Assembly: GCF_000281045.1 (NCBI RefSeq)
Contig: NW_008246125.1
Coordinates: 129,451 to 193,450, forward strand
Direction: 5' to 3'
Origin: Saprolegnia diclina VS20
Lineage: Eukaryota
DNA length: 64,000 nt
In this document: in pieces, positions 10,968-23,347 of the stretch
How the letters are laid out: the number at the start of each line of letters is the position of its first letter
How positions within the stretch are numbered: position 1 is the first letter of the stretch
The notes under the pieces: generated by a model
Database searches by the model: none
Told to the model about the DNA's origin: nothing
What the model saw: the letters and a program-made list of their open reading frames with translations, nothing else
Position numbers and translations under genes: made by a program

Positions 10968-13900
10968 CTACTTGGTCTCGAGCTCGAGCTCGACCAGGTA
11001 GCGCATGCGGACTTGGCGCTCCTTGTACACGATGTACTCGCTGTACGAGAGCGATGGCATCTCCGACTGCAAGTCGTAACCGGTTGGCATCTCGACGCCG
11101 TCCAACATGTCGCTGCGTCCGATGACGTCGAACGCATACGTATCGTCGTCGACGGTAAAGTGCACCGTGAGGCGCAAGTGGGCCTCATGAAGGGCACCCG
11201 AGGGCCACCGCTGGCGCGCGATGGCATCGACCGAGATCTTGGTCGGCGTGTGGGACTGGCCATAGTAGTTGTAGTACACAAACAGACCCTCGAGGAGCTC
11301 ACTCGGTTCCGTCACGTCAATTCGCGACTGGACGCCTCGAGCAAAGCGTTGGAGGAAAGCGGCGGCATCCCCGCGCAGCGTCGTCCGGTTCGAGAAATAC
11401 TTGCTGTTTTCGTTCTTGGGCTGCTTGGCATACCACACAAACGACCGCGGCAGGTCTGTCCCGAGCGCCTTGAGGTCACCCAGCGGCACCTTGCTGCGCC
11501 CCGTAGCCGCGACGACCAGCGTCTCGCTGGGATCTGGTTGCGTGCACCCGACGGCAAATGTGCTGTGGGTGCCGTCGGCCGCCGACTCGCGGTACTCGGA
11601 ACTCTGGACGCAGTGCGGCGTCCCGAGCGCCACGTCGCAGAGGAGAAGGTACACCTTGGTCTTCTTGTTGTCCGCGGTTGTGAACGGCGTGCAGTACTGG
11701 AGACTCTTGGCGGCTGCGTCGGCAAAGTAGACTCCTTTCCCAAACGCAAGCCCCGTCCGCGGCGCATCGGCCGGCGCAATGCAGAGTCCGCGGTGCAGGA
11801 TGCTCATGAGGTTCGTGCGCTTCGTGCCGTGCCACAAGAGCGTCCGGTGCCCCGGCACGTCCGTGTCGGCGTCGCGGTCGAGCTCGTCGCGCCGGTCGAG
11901 TGTAAAGACATTGGCCACGCGGTAGCCGCTGTTGCAATGACCTTGCACATAGTACTTGCGGACTGCGTCGATTTCTGCGACGGAGCTTTGCCGCAGCTGC
12001 ACCTGGAGCGCGTCGTAGCAGTAGTCGAGCGGGTGGCGTTCGTGCGCCCGGGCCTTGGCGCCCAGCACAATCTTGCTCGTCGCTGCGATTTCAATGAGCT
12101 GACGCACGCGCGACATTTCCATTTGAACGCTCGTCACGTCGAGGAAAGCGGCGAGCTCGGTCGCGGCCGTCGCATCGTCACGCGGGACGCACTCAAAGTA
12201 CCGGCTGCACTTGGCCGCGATGGCCTCGGTGGCGGCGCGCCACTCGTCGGTGAGCGCTGCGAGCGCCGCGGGCTCGAGGCCGCCGCTGTTTTGGACGTTG
12301 GAGAGCACCTTGTCGTTGGTGACGATCATGTCGTGGATCTCATGGAGCTGCTGCAAAGCTTGCTGCAGCGCATCGCTCTGAAGCTCAACGAGCGGCACGT
12401 CGGTGAGCGAGAGGTGGTTGGCGGCTTCGTGGAGACAGTTCAAGTCCGTAATCGCCGCGAGGGCGTCCTGCACGGGCGGCGCGTGCACCGAAGCCGGCGC
12501 GTCCGTTGGCACTTGGATCGGGCTCGTCACGACCTTGTCGTACTTGGCGCGCTGCGTGCGGGCGACGCAGAGCATGTACTTGCCGGGTTTCTTGACGAAC
12601 GGCGTCTCGGGCGTCGGCGGGAACACGTTGCTCGTTTTGGACTTGAAGATCTTCTTGAACTCGTTGCCGGCGTTCACCGCGTCCGGGAACGGCGTGTGTT
12701 GGTACTTGCCGTCTTCGCCGATGCGACCCCAGTTGGTGAAGAGAATGTACACATCCTGCACCGGGTTGTGGACGACCTGCATGCGGTAAAAGACGTTGAC
12801 GCCGTGCTGGCCTGACTGCACGTCGACCTTGGTCAAAACGACGGCGTACGCGACCTTGTCGGCATCGACATAGACGGATGGGTTGTTGCCGGCCTCACAC
12901 TGCGGCGCGACCTCGGGCGTGATCTCTTCGTGCGCGACATGGCCGTGGGCTTCGCAGTAGGCGAGGAACGCGAGAGCGTCGTCGTCGACAGCCGGTTTGG
13001 GCGCAAAGGACGGGACGTCGCCGGTCGCCGGCAGCGGTGTCGACGTCAGCGCCGTCCAGAGCACACCCGACGGTTGCGTCTTGGCCAAGTCCAGCGGTGT
13101 TTGGCCGTCGACGTCGGTCGCGGTGGTCGAGACGCCGTTCTTCTTGAGCAGCTTTACGAGCAATACGTTCTCAAAGGACATCCCATGGCAAGGGTACACT
13201 GCGACGTGCAGTGCATTTTCGCCAAACGAGTTGGAAAGACCGGCGAGTTTGCGCAGGGCGGCCGCCGGCAGCTTCCGGCGCACGACGATCGGAGGTCGGC
13301 GGACAACGACCTCTTCCTCGTCGGTTGTCGTGGGTCTTGCTTTCTCGACATCTTCCATCGGCTCGTCCTCGACTTCTTCTTCTTCATCGTCGTCCGAGCC
13401 ACTGCCCATGTCTTCATCGCTGTCCGAGGCACTCGCATCGTCATAGTCGTCATCGTTCTCGTCGTTGCCGGACACGCTGCTGTCGCAGGCTGCCTCTGTC
13501 GTCTCTGTGTTCGCGGCCGTCTTGTCCGTGGCGACAAGCGGGCGCTGGATCGTCGCCGTGACGCTCTTGCCGACCAAAAACTTGGCTTCGTCCGTGAGGT
13601 TGCGCATGGCAGCGTGGGCGAGACAGCTGTTGCCGTCCGTGTCCGTCTCAGTGATATCCGCGCCGTGCGCCAAAAGCAGCGTCAAGAGATGCTGCCGCAA
13701 GTAACCCGACGTCACATACAGAGTCCGCAGGAGTGGTGTCGCGTGCAGAAGCTTGTCGTGGCTCGCATGGCGGGAGACCGCCAACGGGTGCGACGTCGGG
13801 AAGCGGCCACTGGGCGAGACACCGGCAGCAAGCAGCAGTTGCAGTAAAAAGAGCAGGCGCGTGGCATCCGTGCTGCTGTTGTTGCTGAATCGATCCAGGA

Positions 13901-16900
13901 GCAGCGAGACCACCGAGTGGCCGTCGTTGGCGCGCAGCGAGAGATCGGCGCCCCGACGCTTGAAAAACACCACGAGCTTGGTTGCGAGATCGACGTTGGT
14001 GACGGTGCGCAGACCGTGGACCACAGGCGTTGCCCCCGAGCTGGCCATGGTCGCATTGAGAAGTGTCGGTGCGTGGTGCAAGTAAAAGCAAAGCGCTTCC
14101 AGGTGCGCGTGGGGCGCCGCTGCGTGGAGCACCGAGGTGCCGTTCTTGTCGAGAGCATCCGCGGGCACACCCGCGTCTATGAGTTGCCACGCAACAGCGC
14201 GCGCAGCACCAGAGAACGCGACGTCCTGGGCCGCGAGAATGTGCAAGAGAGTCTCGCCGCGGTCGTTGGGGTGCTGAAGAACACGATCGCTGCTGTTGAC
14301 AAGGCTTGTGATGAGGTTGCTTGTCTACAAGGTGTGTGAGATAAGATGCGCTACAACAGAGCATCGTACCAGCTCCCAGTTGTGCGTCCGGATCGAATCT
14401 TCGACGGCTTGGCGCCGGCAGTAGCCGCTCTGGAGGAGAAGGTGGCAAATGCCCTGCCACTTTTGCTGCACCGCAAAAAAGTAGTAGCTTGCCTTGCGCT
14501 TCTTCTCCATCGACGGGTTCTCGACCGTAAAGGTTCCGTGGACGGACGAACCGTGCTGAATGAGCGTCGTGACCATGGCCTTGCGCTCGTGGGCCATCGC
14601 GCGGCCGAGCGCCGTGTCGCCGCGCTTATCTTCGACCGCCAGGATGGTCTTGGGCGCGAGATGCAGGATGCCGAGGACGCTGACGACGGCGCCTGTCGCG
14701 GCACCGAGGTGCAGCGGTGTGCGACCGAGAACGTCCTGACCCGTGACAACAAGACCGCCAACGAGGCAGAGACTGCCGACTGTCTCGATCGGGTCCGTAT
14801 CGGTTCTCGGAATCGTCGCCAAGTGGGCTTCGTGCTTCTTGACCTTTTCAGCGTGGGAGAGCGATCTGTGCTGGTGGTGCCAGTCGAGGTTGACCTTGAC
14901 AAACGCAAAGTGGAGCACCGAGAACCCGAAGCGGTCAATCGCGTTGACGTCGGCGCCGTGTTGCAAGAGCAGACTCTCCACGTCAAACGTGGCCTCGGGA
15001 GTCATCGGTGCCGCGTTCACGGCAAAGTGCAATGGCGTGCGCCCGTCGACGTCGGTGACGTTGATGGCGTCAGACGAGAGCGCGAGGAGGCCCCGGAGCA
15101 AGTGAATGTCGCGCTTCTTGCACGCGTAGTGCAGGCTCGTGCGCCCCTGGGCGTCGGGCACCGGGATCGCTGCCTTGGTGGTCTCGCGAATGAGCGCAGA
15201 GACGACGGTCCGGGCCGGCGGCGCCTCGGTCGGTTTGGCCTTGTGACACGCAAAGTCCCAGTCGTCGCCTTGCTGCACGGTCGTCGTGTAGTCAACGTCG
15301 TTGGCATGCAGGAGGGTCTGCTCGACGGAAAGGCCGGCGGCAACAGCAGCGGTGAGTGGCGTGAGCCCGTGTTCGTTCTGCAGCACAGCATTGGCGCCAA
15401 ACGAGAGAAGCAGGTCGACCAACTCGGTGTTTCGGCGGTCCACTGCCACGTGCAACGGCGTATTCTTGGGCTTGTCGGTGGCGGCGAACGACGGATCGGC
15501 GCCGTTCTCGAGGAGCAGCTGGACCATTGGCAGGCAATTGAGCGCTGCGTGGAGAGGCGTGCACGCCGGCGTCGTCGTCGTGGGCTTGATGGGGACGCAG
15601 TAGTTGACGTTGGCACCGATATTGATCTAGCCATAAACACATATGAATTCGCTGCAAGCAAAGGTTTGCGACGTACCAGTGCTCTAGCGCCGTCGACATG
15701 ACCGTGCTTGGCCGCCACGAGCAGCGGGGACTCGTCGCCATCGAGGGCATTGACATCGTCTTGTGTCCACGAGCCACAGGAAAGAAGCGTCGCGAGGACG
15801 TCCTTGCCGCGCCAGCGCTGCGCACCCTCCGAAGTCGTTGCCAGTCGCCGGGCGGCCGCCATGTGCAAAAGCCCTTGTGTCGATGGTGCCCACACCACTT
15901 CGTCCGATGCCTTTTCTCTCGACAGCGTCCGCATGCGCCGGAGACGCGCGAGGGCCGGCGTGTGCTGCAAGTAGAGCTCCAAGAGCGCCATGTAGGCTGC
16001 GTCGCCAGCCTCGTCGTCGCGGCGGACATCGGCGTGCATCGGTCGCTGATATAGCAACAGATCGGCGATTGGCGTGTCGCCGTCGCTGTCACACGCGGTG
16101 AACGCCGCCTTGTCGAGCCGCGCCACGACCGCCGTCACGACTGCAATCGGGAGGATCGTGGGCGCCGATGCGAGTGCGTGCAACAAGTTGTGGCGATACG
16201 GCGTCGACATGAAAGGAATCATGCCGTCGGACGCGGCCAAGAGGGCCTCGACAAACTCGGCGCCAGACGTCACCGCAGCAGTCCACGTCCCTGCCGTCAC
16301 CGTAGCCTTGGAGAGAAGCAGGTCGAATGCGGGCTTGGACTTGGCGCGTATCGCCAACGACAGCGGTTGACCGTGCTTCTCGAACACTGGGCCATCGACA
16401 ATGGCGCCGTGCTTGAGGAGAAGCGTCACCATCTCTAGCAGCACGGGCTTCGTAGCCTCTTCGCTGTTAGCGAGACGCTGAAGCAATTGCTGGAGCGGCG
16501 TGCGCTCCTCCGTCGTCGCGCGGTTCGGATCGGCTCCCTTCTCGAGCAAGAAGGTGAGTTCGTCCGTTGACTCGGCCAGTTGACACTGCAGAAAGAGCAT
16601 CGACGCGCCGTCGGCGTCGACAAAATCGATGGCGCCAGCGTCCGTCGCGTGGTCGATGAGAAAGCGCGAGACATCATAGCGACCCTTGAGCGCCGCGCAG
16701 GCCATTGGCGTGTAGCCCCAGTCGTTCCGGCTCCACGCTTCGGCACCGACGCTGTGCAGCAGCCGGACACACGACCGCCACCCGTAGCTCGCAGCGTAGT
16801 GCATGACGGTATTGAGCGACGTATCGGCTGCGTTCCTACGCAATGGCACACACATGAGCATCGACACGCAGGCAAAGCAAAATGTACGCGTCGGCGCCGG

Positions 16901-19037
16901 CGTTCAGAAGCGTCGTTGCCACGGCAGAGTGCCCGTTCATGACGGCGAGGATGAGCGGCGTGCGACGTAGCTTGTCGCGGATGTCGACAGGCGCGCGGGC
17001 GCCGAGCAAGACACCCACAACGTCCGCATGCCCTGCCTCGGCAGCCAGCGCCAGCGCTGAGAGCTTGCCGTGGTTGCTTGCTGTGGCTGCGTTGATCTCG
17101 GCGCCGGCGTCCAGGAGCGCGGTGACGACGGCCGCGTGTCCGCGCACAGCGGCAATGTGCAATGCGCGAAACCCGTTTGGACTGAGGCCCTCGAGATACC
17201 CGGAGCGCATCTCGGCGGGCATCGACTCCAGGAGCAGCTTTAACGTCTCGGTGCGTCCCGACGAGCTCGCCCAGTGCAACGGCGTTTCTACGCGCACAGT
17301 TGGACCACAAAGCTTCTTGGTGTCTCGTACCTTTGGCCGTTGTCTTGGACGTCGCGTCGGCGCCGGCATCGAGGAGGATGCGCATCGGCGCCGACGAGGA
17401 GCACACGGCGGCGTAGTGCACAGCGTGCCACCCGGCCCTGTCGGCAAACTCGAGTTCGGGCGTGCTGAGCTCGGCCACGAGCTGCCCCAAGTGGCGCGCG
17501 TTTGGGTCGAGACTGGCCACGTGCAAGGGCGCGATACCATGGCCCGTCGCCTTCTTGAGCACCGAGACCTTCCGGAAGGGCTCGAGCGGCGCGTCCGAGA
17601 GCACGCCAAGGTGCAGCGCGTTGTAGCCCCAGCCAGAGCGAGCGACGAGGATGCCGAGGAGCTTGGTCGCGAGCGCCACATTGCCGCAGCGGAATACCTG
17701 CGGCATCACCGCCTCCGCGTTCGAGACCCACGCGTCCGCGGGGTAGAAGAACACCACGAGCTCGTACGTCGTGTTGGGCGAGCTCCACAGCACCTTGCTG
17801 AGGCCGGTGCGGTCAAAATCCACAAAGGGATAGGCTTCGCCCATGATGTCCACGTCCAAGTCCTTGAGCAGCGCGTTGAGCCCTTCCTTGCCTCCGCGAC
17901 TCGCATTGATGGCGCGTCTATCGTCTTTGGGATGAGCGATCAGCGACCAAAGCGACGGCTGCGCACCGGTTGTAGTCGCTGTACGCACTCGTGTGCTGTC
18001 CTGTCCCAAGGGATTGCAGTGCGCACTTAGGCTTGGCGGCAAACGTCCACTTGGTCTCCTTGATACTTTGAAACAAAAGGAGCGCCTGTCGAAGAGCGTG
18101 AGCCGATGCACGAGGTAGACACAAGAGTGTACCAGCATGTCGTTGTTTTCGATTGCATACTGCAACGCCGTCTTCCGCAGGCCTACGCTGCGCACTGCAT
18201 GGAGCGTGTGCATCTTGGCGGCTGCGTCCGGCGTCAAGAGCGATGCGAGGAGGTCGTAATTGCGCGTGAGCACCGCACGTACCACCTCCTTGGCGCTTGC
18301 GAGCACGTCATGGCACTTGGAACGGAAACTATGGTCGCCCGCCATCTCGTCGTCGGCCACGTCCGTCGCAACGTGCACGATGCAGCGCGCCAAACCCGAC
18401 TTCTTGTCGATTTTAGTCTTGGCGCTCTTGGGTGATGCGCGGCTGCGCTTGCCGCGGGGTGACTTCTTCGTTGTCGTCTCGGTACCGTCGTCGTCGTCGT
18501 CGTCGTCATTATCGTCGTCTTCGGCAGCGCTGGACGCCTTGGTCTTGCGCTTCTTGATGGGCTGTGTCTCTTCTTCGGGCACGCCGTTCCCGGCCTCAAC
18601 AGCATCCAAGACGCGTTGCACCTACGCAGAGAACGATGAGATCATGATGATGATGGGGTTGGGGTGTCGTGACGCACCCGCTGGGCGTGGCGAGCTGGGA
18701 GCGCGTAGGTCCCTGCGCGCTTGGCTTCAAGCGCCACTTCGCACATGATGGCGCGGACCGGCGCCACGTCGTAGGCCCCGACAACGTACGAGCCATCGGG
18801 CTTCTTGTCGTAGTAGAGGACGTTGACCGTTGCGCTGTCGTCTTCGAGCATCTCCTCGGTCGTGTCGTCGAGGAGCTCGGCCACGTAGAAGCGCTCGTCG
18901 TCGTCGCAGCGGACGGCGACCACGCTCATGGCCTCGAAGAGCGTGTTGATGCTGTCGTCGTCGTAGTGCACCGTGACGGGCGGTGGCGGCGGCGCCTTGC
19001 GCTTCACGGCCTTGCTCTTGGTCTTGCTCTTGGCCAT
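10968..19037 (-). CDS. Giant ankyrin-repeat / WGR / PARP-regulatory / PARP catalytic protein (~2500 aa), 8 exons
   Basis: ATG 19037. Seven short GT-AG introns link ORFs 18642 through 10968. More than 20 ankyrin repeats (TPLH.A...G), WGR domain (FYRMQV..TNWGRIG..KIFKSKT), and catalytic LWHGT, FGKGVYFAD..KSLQYC, LLLCDVALG and YSEYIVY (H-Y-E triad). Confidence 0.92.
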
Positions 19038-19096
19038 GGCAGTTGTGGAACGAACAGGGTAAACTCAATTCTGCCCCACTTTGACCCCTACAGCTC

Positions 19097-19120
19097 AATC
19101 CGGACGGCAATCCGGATGGC
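19097..19120. promoter_or_regulatory. Tandem 12-mer aatccggaYggc x2, a variant of the upstream TCCGGAT motif
   Basis: aatccggacggc aatccggatggc, 60-83 nt upstream of the PARP start codon. Confidence 0.4.
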
Positions 19121-19800
19121 GTTCCATTTCGAGGCGCGAGTGATGGTGACCTGCACCGTGGCATCTCGGGACCTCCACCCAGACAGCTGATTCATCCCAG
19201 GTCGTTAAACGCGACGGCGTCAAGGTTAATCAGGTTAAATGAGAGGGCGATGATTACCGGTGTGGATTCACAAGGTAAACTAATGCCTGTGGAATGTTCT
19301 AAACGAGTGAGAGGACGCGGGTCGGTTATCTGAGAGCGTCGATGCATGAGCCGCCTCATATGTGATCGCCAGCCCCACTTGGGATGGGCCAGTGCAAAAG
19401 TCAAAGCCAACACAAGGCCTTCATCGGCGAAATGAATCAGCCATCAAATGAGCGTCGATTCTACAGTGAAGTCCCATCAAACTTGTCATCTGCGTTCTGT
19501 TGCCACGAACAACGACGCAAATCGCTCTGGGTTTGTATCAAGGCTCTTCTTCCGGCGTTGGGCTCTCGGTGCGATAAGGAAATCGAGTTGCTCTGCGGTG
19601 GCAACCAGGCACCGTGCCATTGGTCGTCCTGCCTCCGACAACAACACAACTCTGGCACTCTACCACCATGGCAGCGCGTCTGCTCGTGGCGCCACGTCAT
19701 GAGACCACACGGGTGTTTCGAGCGTTACGCAACGCCGCTATAAATAGCGGTACCGCTGTTGCGTCGCGCCAGAGTCCTTTTGTTGCATGGGGCCGGCGCC

Positions 19801-22800
19801 ATGGACGACTTCTTCTTCGAGAAAGAGGCCGAGTGCTGCTTTGACCGCGACGGCGACGTACTGCATCTTGGTATGGGCGCAGAGACTTATGCATCTCTAG
19901 AACCCATCGGACCTCGAGCGACTCCATGTCGAGGAAGACATGGCCGAGATCCCTCGCGCCGACTGGCTCCTCAAGACCGGACTCAAGCAGCAAAAGATAT
20001 CGGTCCTCGCTTCGATTCCAACGATCCTCGCCGCCAACAACTCGAAAGAGAATTTAACGCTGCTCCTCGACGACATCAAGGCAACCTTATGCGCCATCTG
20101 GGAGGCTCATGCTCATGCGTAGATAATCTGGAAGCGCAACGAGACCGAGAACGACATGGACATGCTCGTCGAGATCCTCAACTGCCTCATGCACCTCGCC
20201 GGTGGCACATGCGACGGCAAGCTCATCGCGTACCCGCTGCCGACGCTCCACGACGAATACGACGAGCTCATCTCGAGCTACCACCGGCAAAAGCAGGCCG
20301 CGACCTTCCTCCTCAGCGACGACCAAGTCACCAAGCAGCTCCTCCCAATGGTGCTCGACTTTGTCAACGACATTCAGCAGAAAGACGTGGCCGAGGTCGC
20401 GAGTCGGTGCATCGCCGCGCTCGTACCACGCCTCTCGGGCTCGGTCAAGAAGACACAGGTGCGCCTCTGCAGCACGTTATAACTATAGAGATATGCCTCT
20501 AGATCATTCGCATTGGCATCGAGAAGGGCGACGTGTCTCAGGCCGCGGGCTCGCGCCTCATTTGTTGCTGGGTCCTCGGCGTCCTCACGGCGTCGACGCT
20601 GCTCTCGGAAGCCGACATTGAGAGCCTCTTTTTCCAAAAGGCTCGCGAAATGTATCGCAGCTTGCGTCTCATCAGCCCTCCAATAGATGATGGGTCTGTG
20701 CCAAGACACGGACACAGACGTGCGGACGTGCATGTGCATGCAGCTGGATGCGTTGGCGCGCGCTGTGAGGTATAGCTCAAGACAGCGCATCGATTCCACT
20801 GTATGCGATTTGCGATGTAGCACGACAAAGGCGTGTGCCGACCTCCTGCCTGAGCTCCTCGAGCTCCTCCAAGACGAAGAGGAGCAAGTGAAAAGCATGG
20901 CGTTTCGGACGCTCGTGTCCCTCTACGACTTTTACCCCAAGAAGGAGCGCGAATCGCAGATCTTGCCCGTGCTCCTTGACGTGATTGCCCACACGCCATC
21001 GTATTTAATCGGCCCGCTCGCCACCAGCTTTGGACGACTTGTCTTTAAGCTCTTTACGCTCAACGACTTTGGCGCAGAAAGCAGCAGCGTCCTTCTCACG
21101 GCCTTCAATCGCCTCGGGCGGCACGCGGAGAACGAGGTGCGCCTCGCTTGCGCCTACAACTTTCCCGCGGTCGTCTTGTCGTTTGGCGCCAACCAATACT
21201 CGGCGCAGCTCGACGAGCTCCTCCAAGCGCTCACGCAGGACAAGGCCGAGAGCGTCCGCATCACGGCTGTCGCTGGCCTCCACGAAATCGCCCACCTTCT
21301 CGGGCAGCAGCGAGCACTGCGGTACATCAAAGCCATGTCGCTCACGACGCTGCGCGACGAGTCGGCGGTCGTCCAAGGCTACATGATTGCGCGCTTACCC
21401 GACGTCATGCCCTACTTTTGCACAAGCGTCGACGACGACCAGCGGGTACCCACCACTGCCATCAAGTGCAAAGTGGGAAATTCAGTGTAGATGGCGTACC
21501 TCGAGACGGTGCTCAAGCACATTTTACAGCATCATACGGTCCTCGCGGCCGGCAAGTGGCGCGACCAGCTACGCGTCGTCTCAGCCCTCGAGAAGCTGCA
21601 CCCGTTCTTGTCCCCGATTCAGCTGTTTGAGCGAATATTTCCGCTCCTCTTTGAGATGATGAACGCGGTGCGTGGGTCGGTGTACGGCGTTTCGGACGAC
21701 GTTGGGCTTGTAGGGCGCGCGACCGGTCCAGCTCGAAGCCGTGCGCACCCTTGTGACCCTTCACCGCGAGAACAAAGTCCAGACCAACCGCTTCAACATA
21801 CTCGTGCGCCTACGAAAGGAGTACGCCCAGGGCAAGAGCTACTGGCAGCGATCGCTCTTCCTCGACGCGTGCGACTTTGCTGTTGGCTGCTACAGCCGCA
21901 AGTACATTCGACACGTCTTTGTCGAGCCCGCACTCGACCTCCTCGACGACCACGTACCGAACGTGCGCATCAAGGCAGCGTCCCTGCTCTTGGCGTGGAA
22001 GAGTTGCTTGGATCCGAATACGCCAGGCGACGAGAAGCTCCTCACGCGCATTCGCATCGTGCTTGAAGCGCCGCATGAAGCCGACCGTGACGTACTTGCC
22101 GTCCTTGTACACGCACGCGACCACTGGGCAGAACCCGTGACTCCATCAGACGAGGACAATGACCGCCGCGTCGCTGCTGAGGAGGCGCTTGGCATGCACA
22201 CGGACCACGACCTCTTCACGTCGGAAGCCAAGTGGTCGGAAATGCTCGAGTATACGCTGATCGTCGGCAAAGACGGGCAGGTCGTCCGGCGCGCGCGCGT
22301 CAAGTCGATCGACATAATCAACAAGATTCGACAGCACAGCAAAGAGATGCCCAACCCGCGGTCGTCGTCGACGTGTGTGCCACCGCGGCAGCTGAGCAAG
22401 CTGGACGTCAAGCCCGGTGGCACCAAGCTCCCGACGACCATGGTGCCAAAACCAACAGCCACGTCGTCAGCCGTGTCACTGCCAACGTGCGCAACGCTAG
22501 CACCCAAGAGTGCCAGCGCTGGCCTCATTGCAAGAGAGTCCAAGAGCGCGACGGCAACAACGGGCTCGCTCAAGCAGATTACCGATCCAGCGAAAATGGC
22601 GACTGCGCGAAGTGCGCTCGTGAAAGCACCGCCATCAACGACGACGAGCGCCGTGGCGAGCAAAGCCAAAGTACGTTGAGGTTGATGCGTCGCTTGGATT
22701 TCATGCCCTGTAGGACAAGAAGGACGAGACGACCTTGACGAAAATCCCGAACATCCCAGTACCGACGCGTCCGGTCGCACCGGCAAAGCGCGTTCAGTCG

Positions 22801-22920
22801 CCGTCCATGGTCAAACCGGCAGCGCTTGCAACCGGCACAGCGGCATCAACGTCGACCGCGGTCTCTCTGGCGCGAACAGCGCCGTCCGCGGCCAAAGTGG
22901 CACCCTTGGCCAAACGATGA
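19801..22920 (+). CDS. PPP4R4: Protein phosphatase 4 regulatory subunit 4-like HEAT-repeat protein, multi-exon
   Basis: After intron 19858-19900 the protein reads NPSDLERLHVEEDMAEIPRADWLLKTG..QKISVLASIP, like the PP4R4 N-terminus. Also LCQDTDTDVRTCMCMQL, VRLACAYNFPAVV, KSYWQR.LFLD and DHVPNVRIK. S/T/A/K-rich tail, with last exon 22713-22920. Confidence 0.85.
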
Positions 22921-23347
22921 TGACCGGGCAAATCGCTAGCATACATACTCCTGCCAACTTATAATGCGAGTATTAGACCGTCGTGGGAAAGCGGCGACGA
23001 CGACTGAAGTGCGGGTTGAGAATCTGGTGTTGTTGTTTCGCGAGACGGTACCGTCAGTCGGACGTCTGGATACCAGCATCACACAATGTGTGATGGACCA
23101 AAAACTCAACCGGCCAAGGTGTTGTTCAAGTCGTAGGTGGCCTTGCCATGAACTTTGCGGGCGATTGCGGTTGAGCTGTCCATCGCAGCTTTTTCTACGC
23201 AAGCGTTTGCGGCTTGTCGTGCTGCCACGTCACGTCCATGCGATGCAACATAAAGCGCACAACATCACGTGTGGATTGTTAAGAGTAGTACTTGGAGCGA
23301 AGCAGGACGACGGAAACAAGTGAGGTTAAATATGGTCCTTTCGGAGC

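Noticed and set aside
10935..12815. Long antisense ORFs (626 aa here; also 14346-15701, 16882-18030, 62293-63756 and many others)
   Set aside because: They mirror real genes on the other strand and are expected from strong GC3 codon bias. They carry no recognisable motifs.
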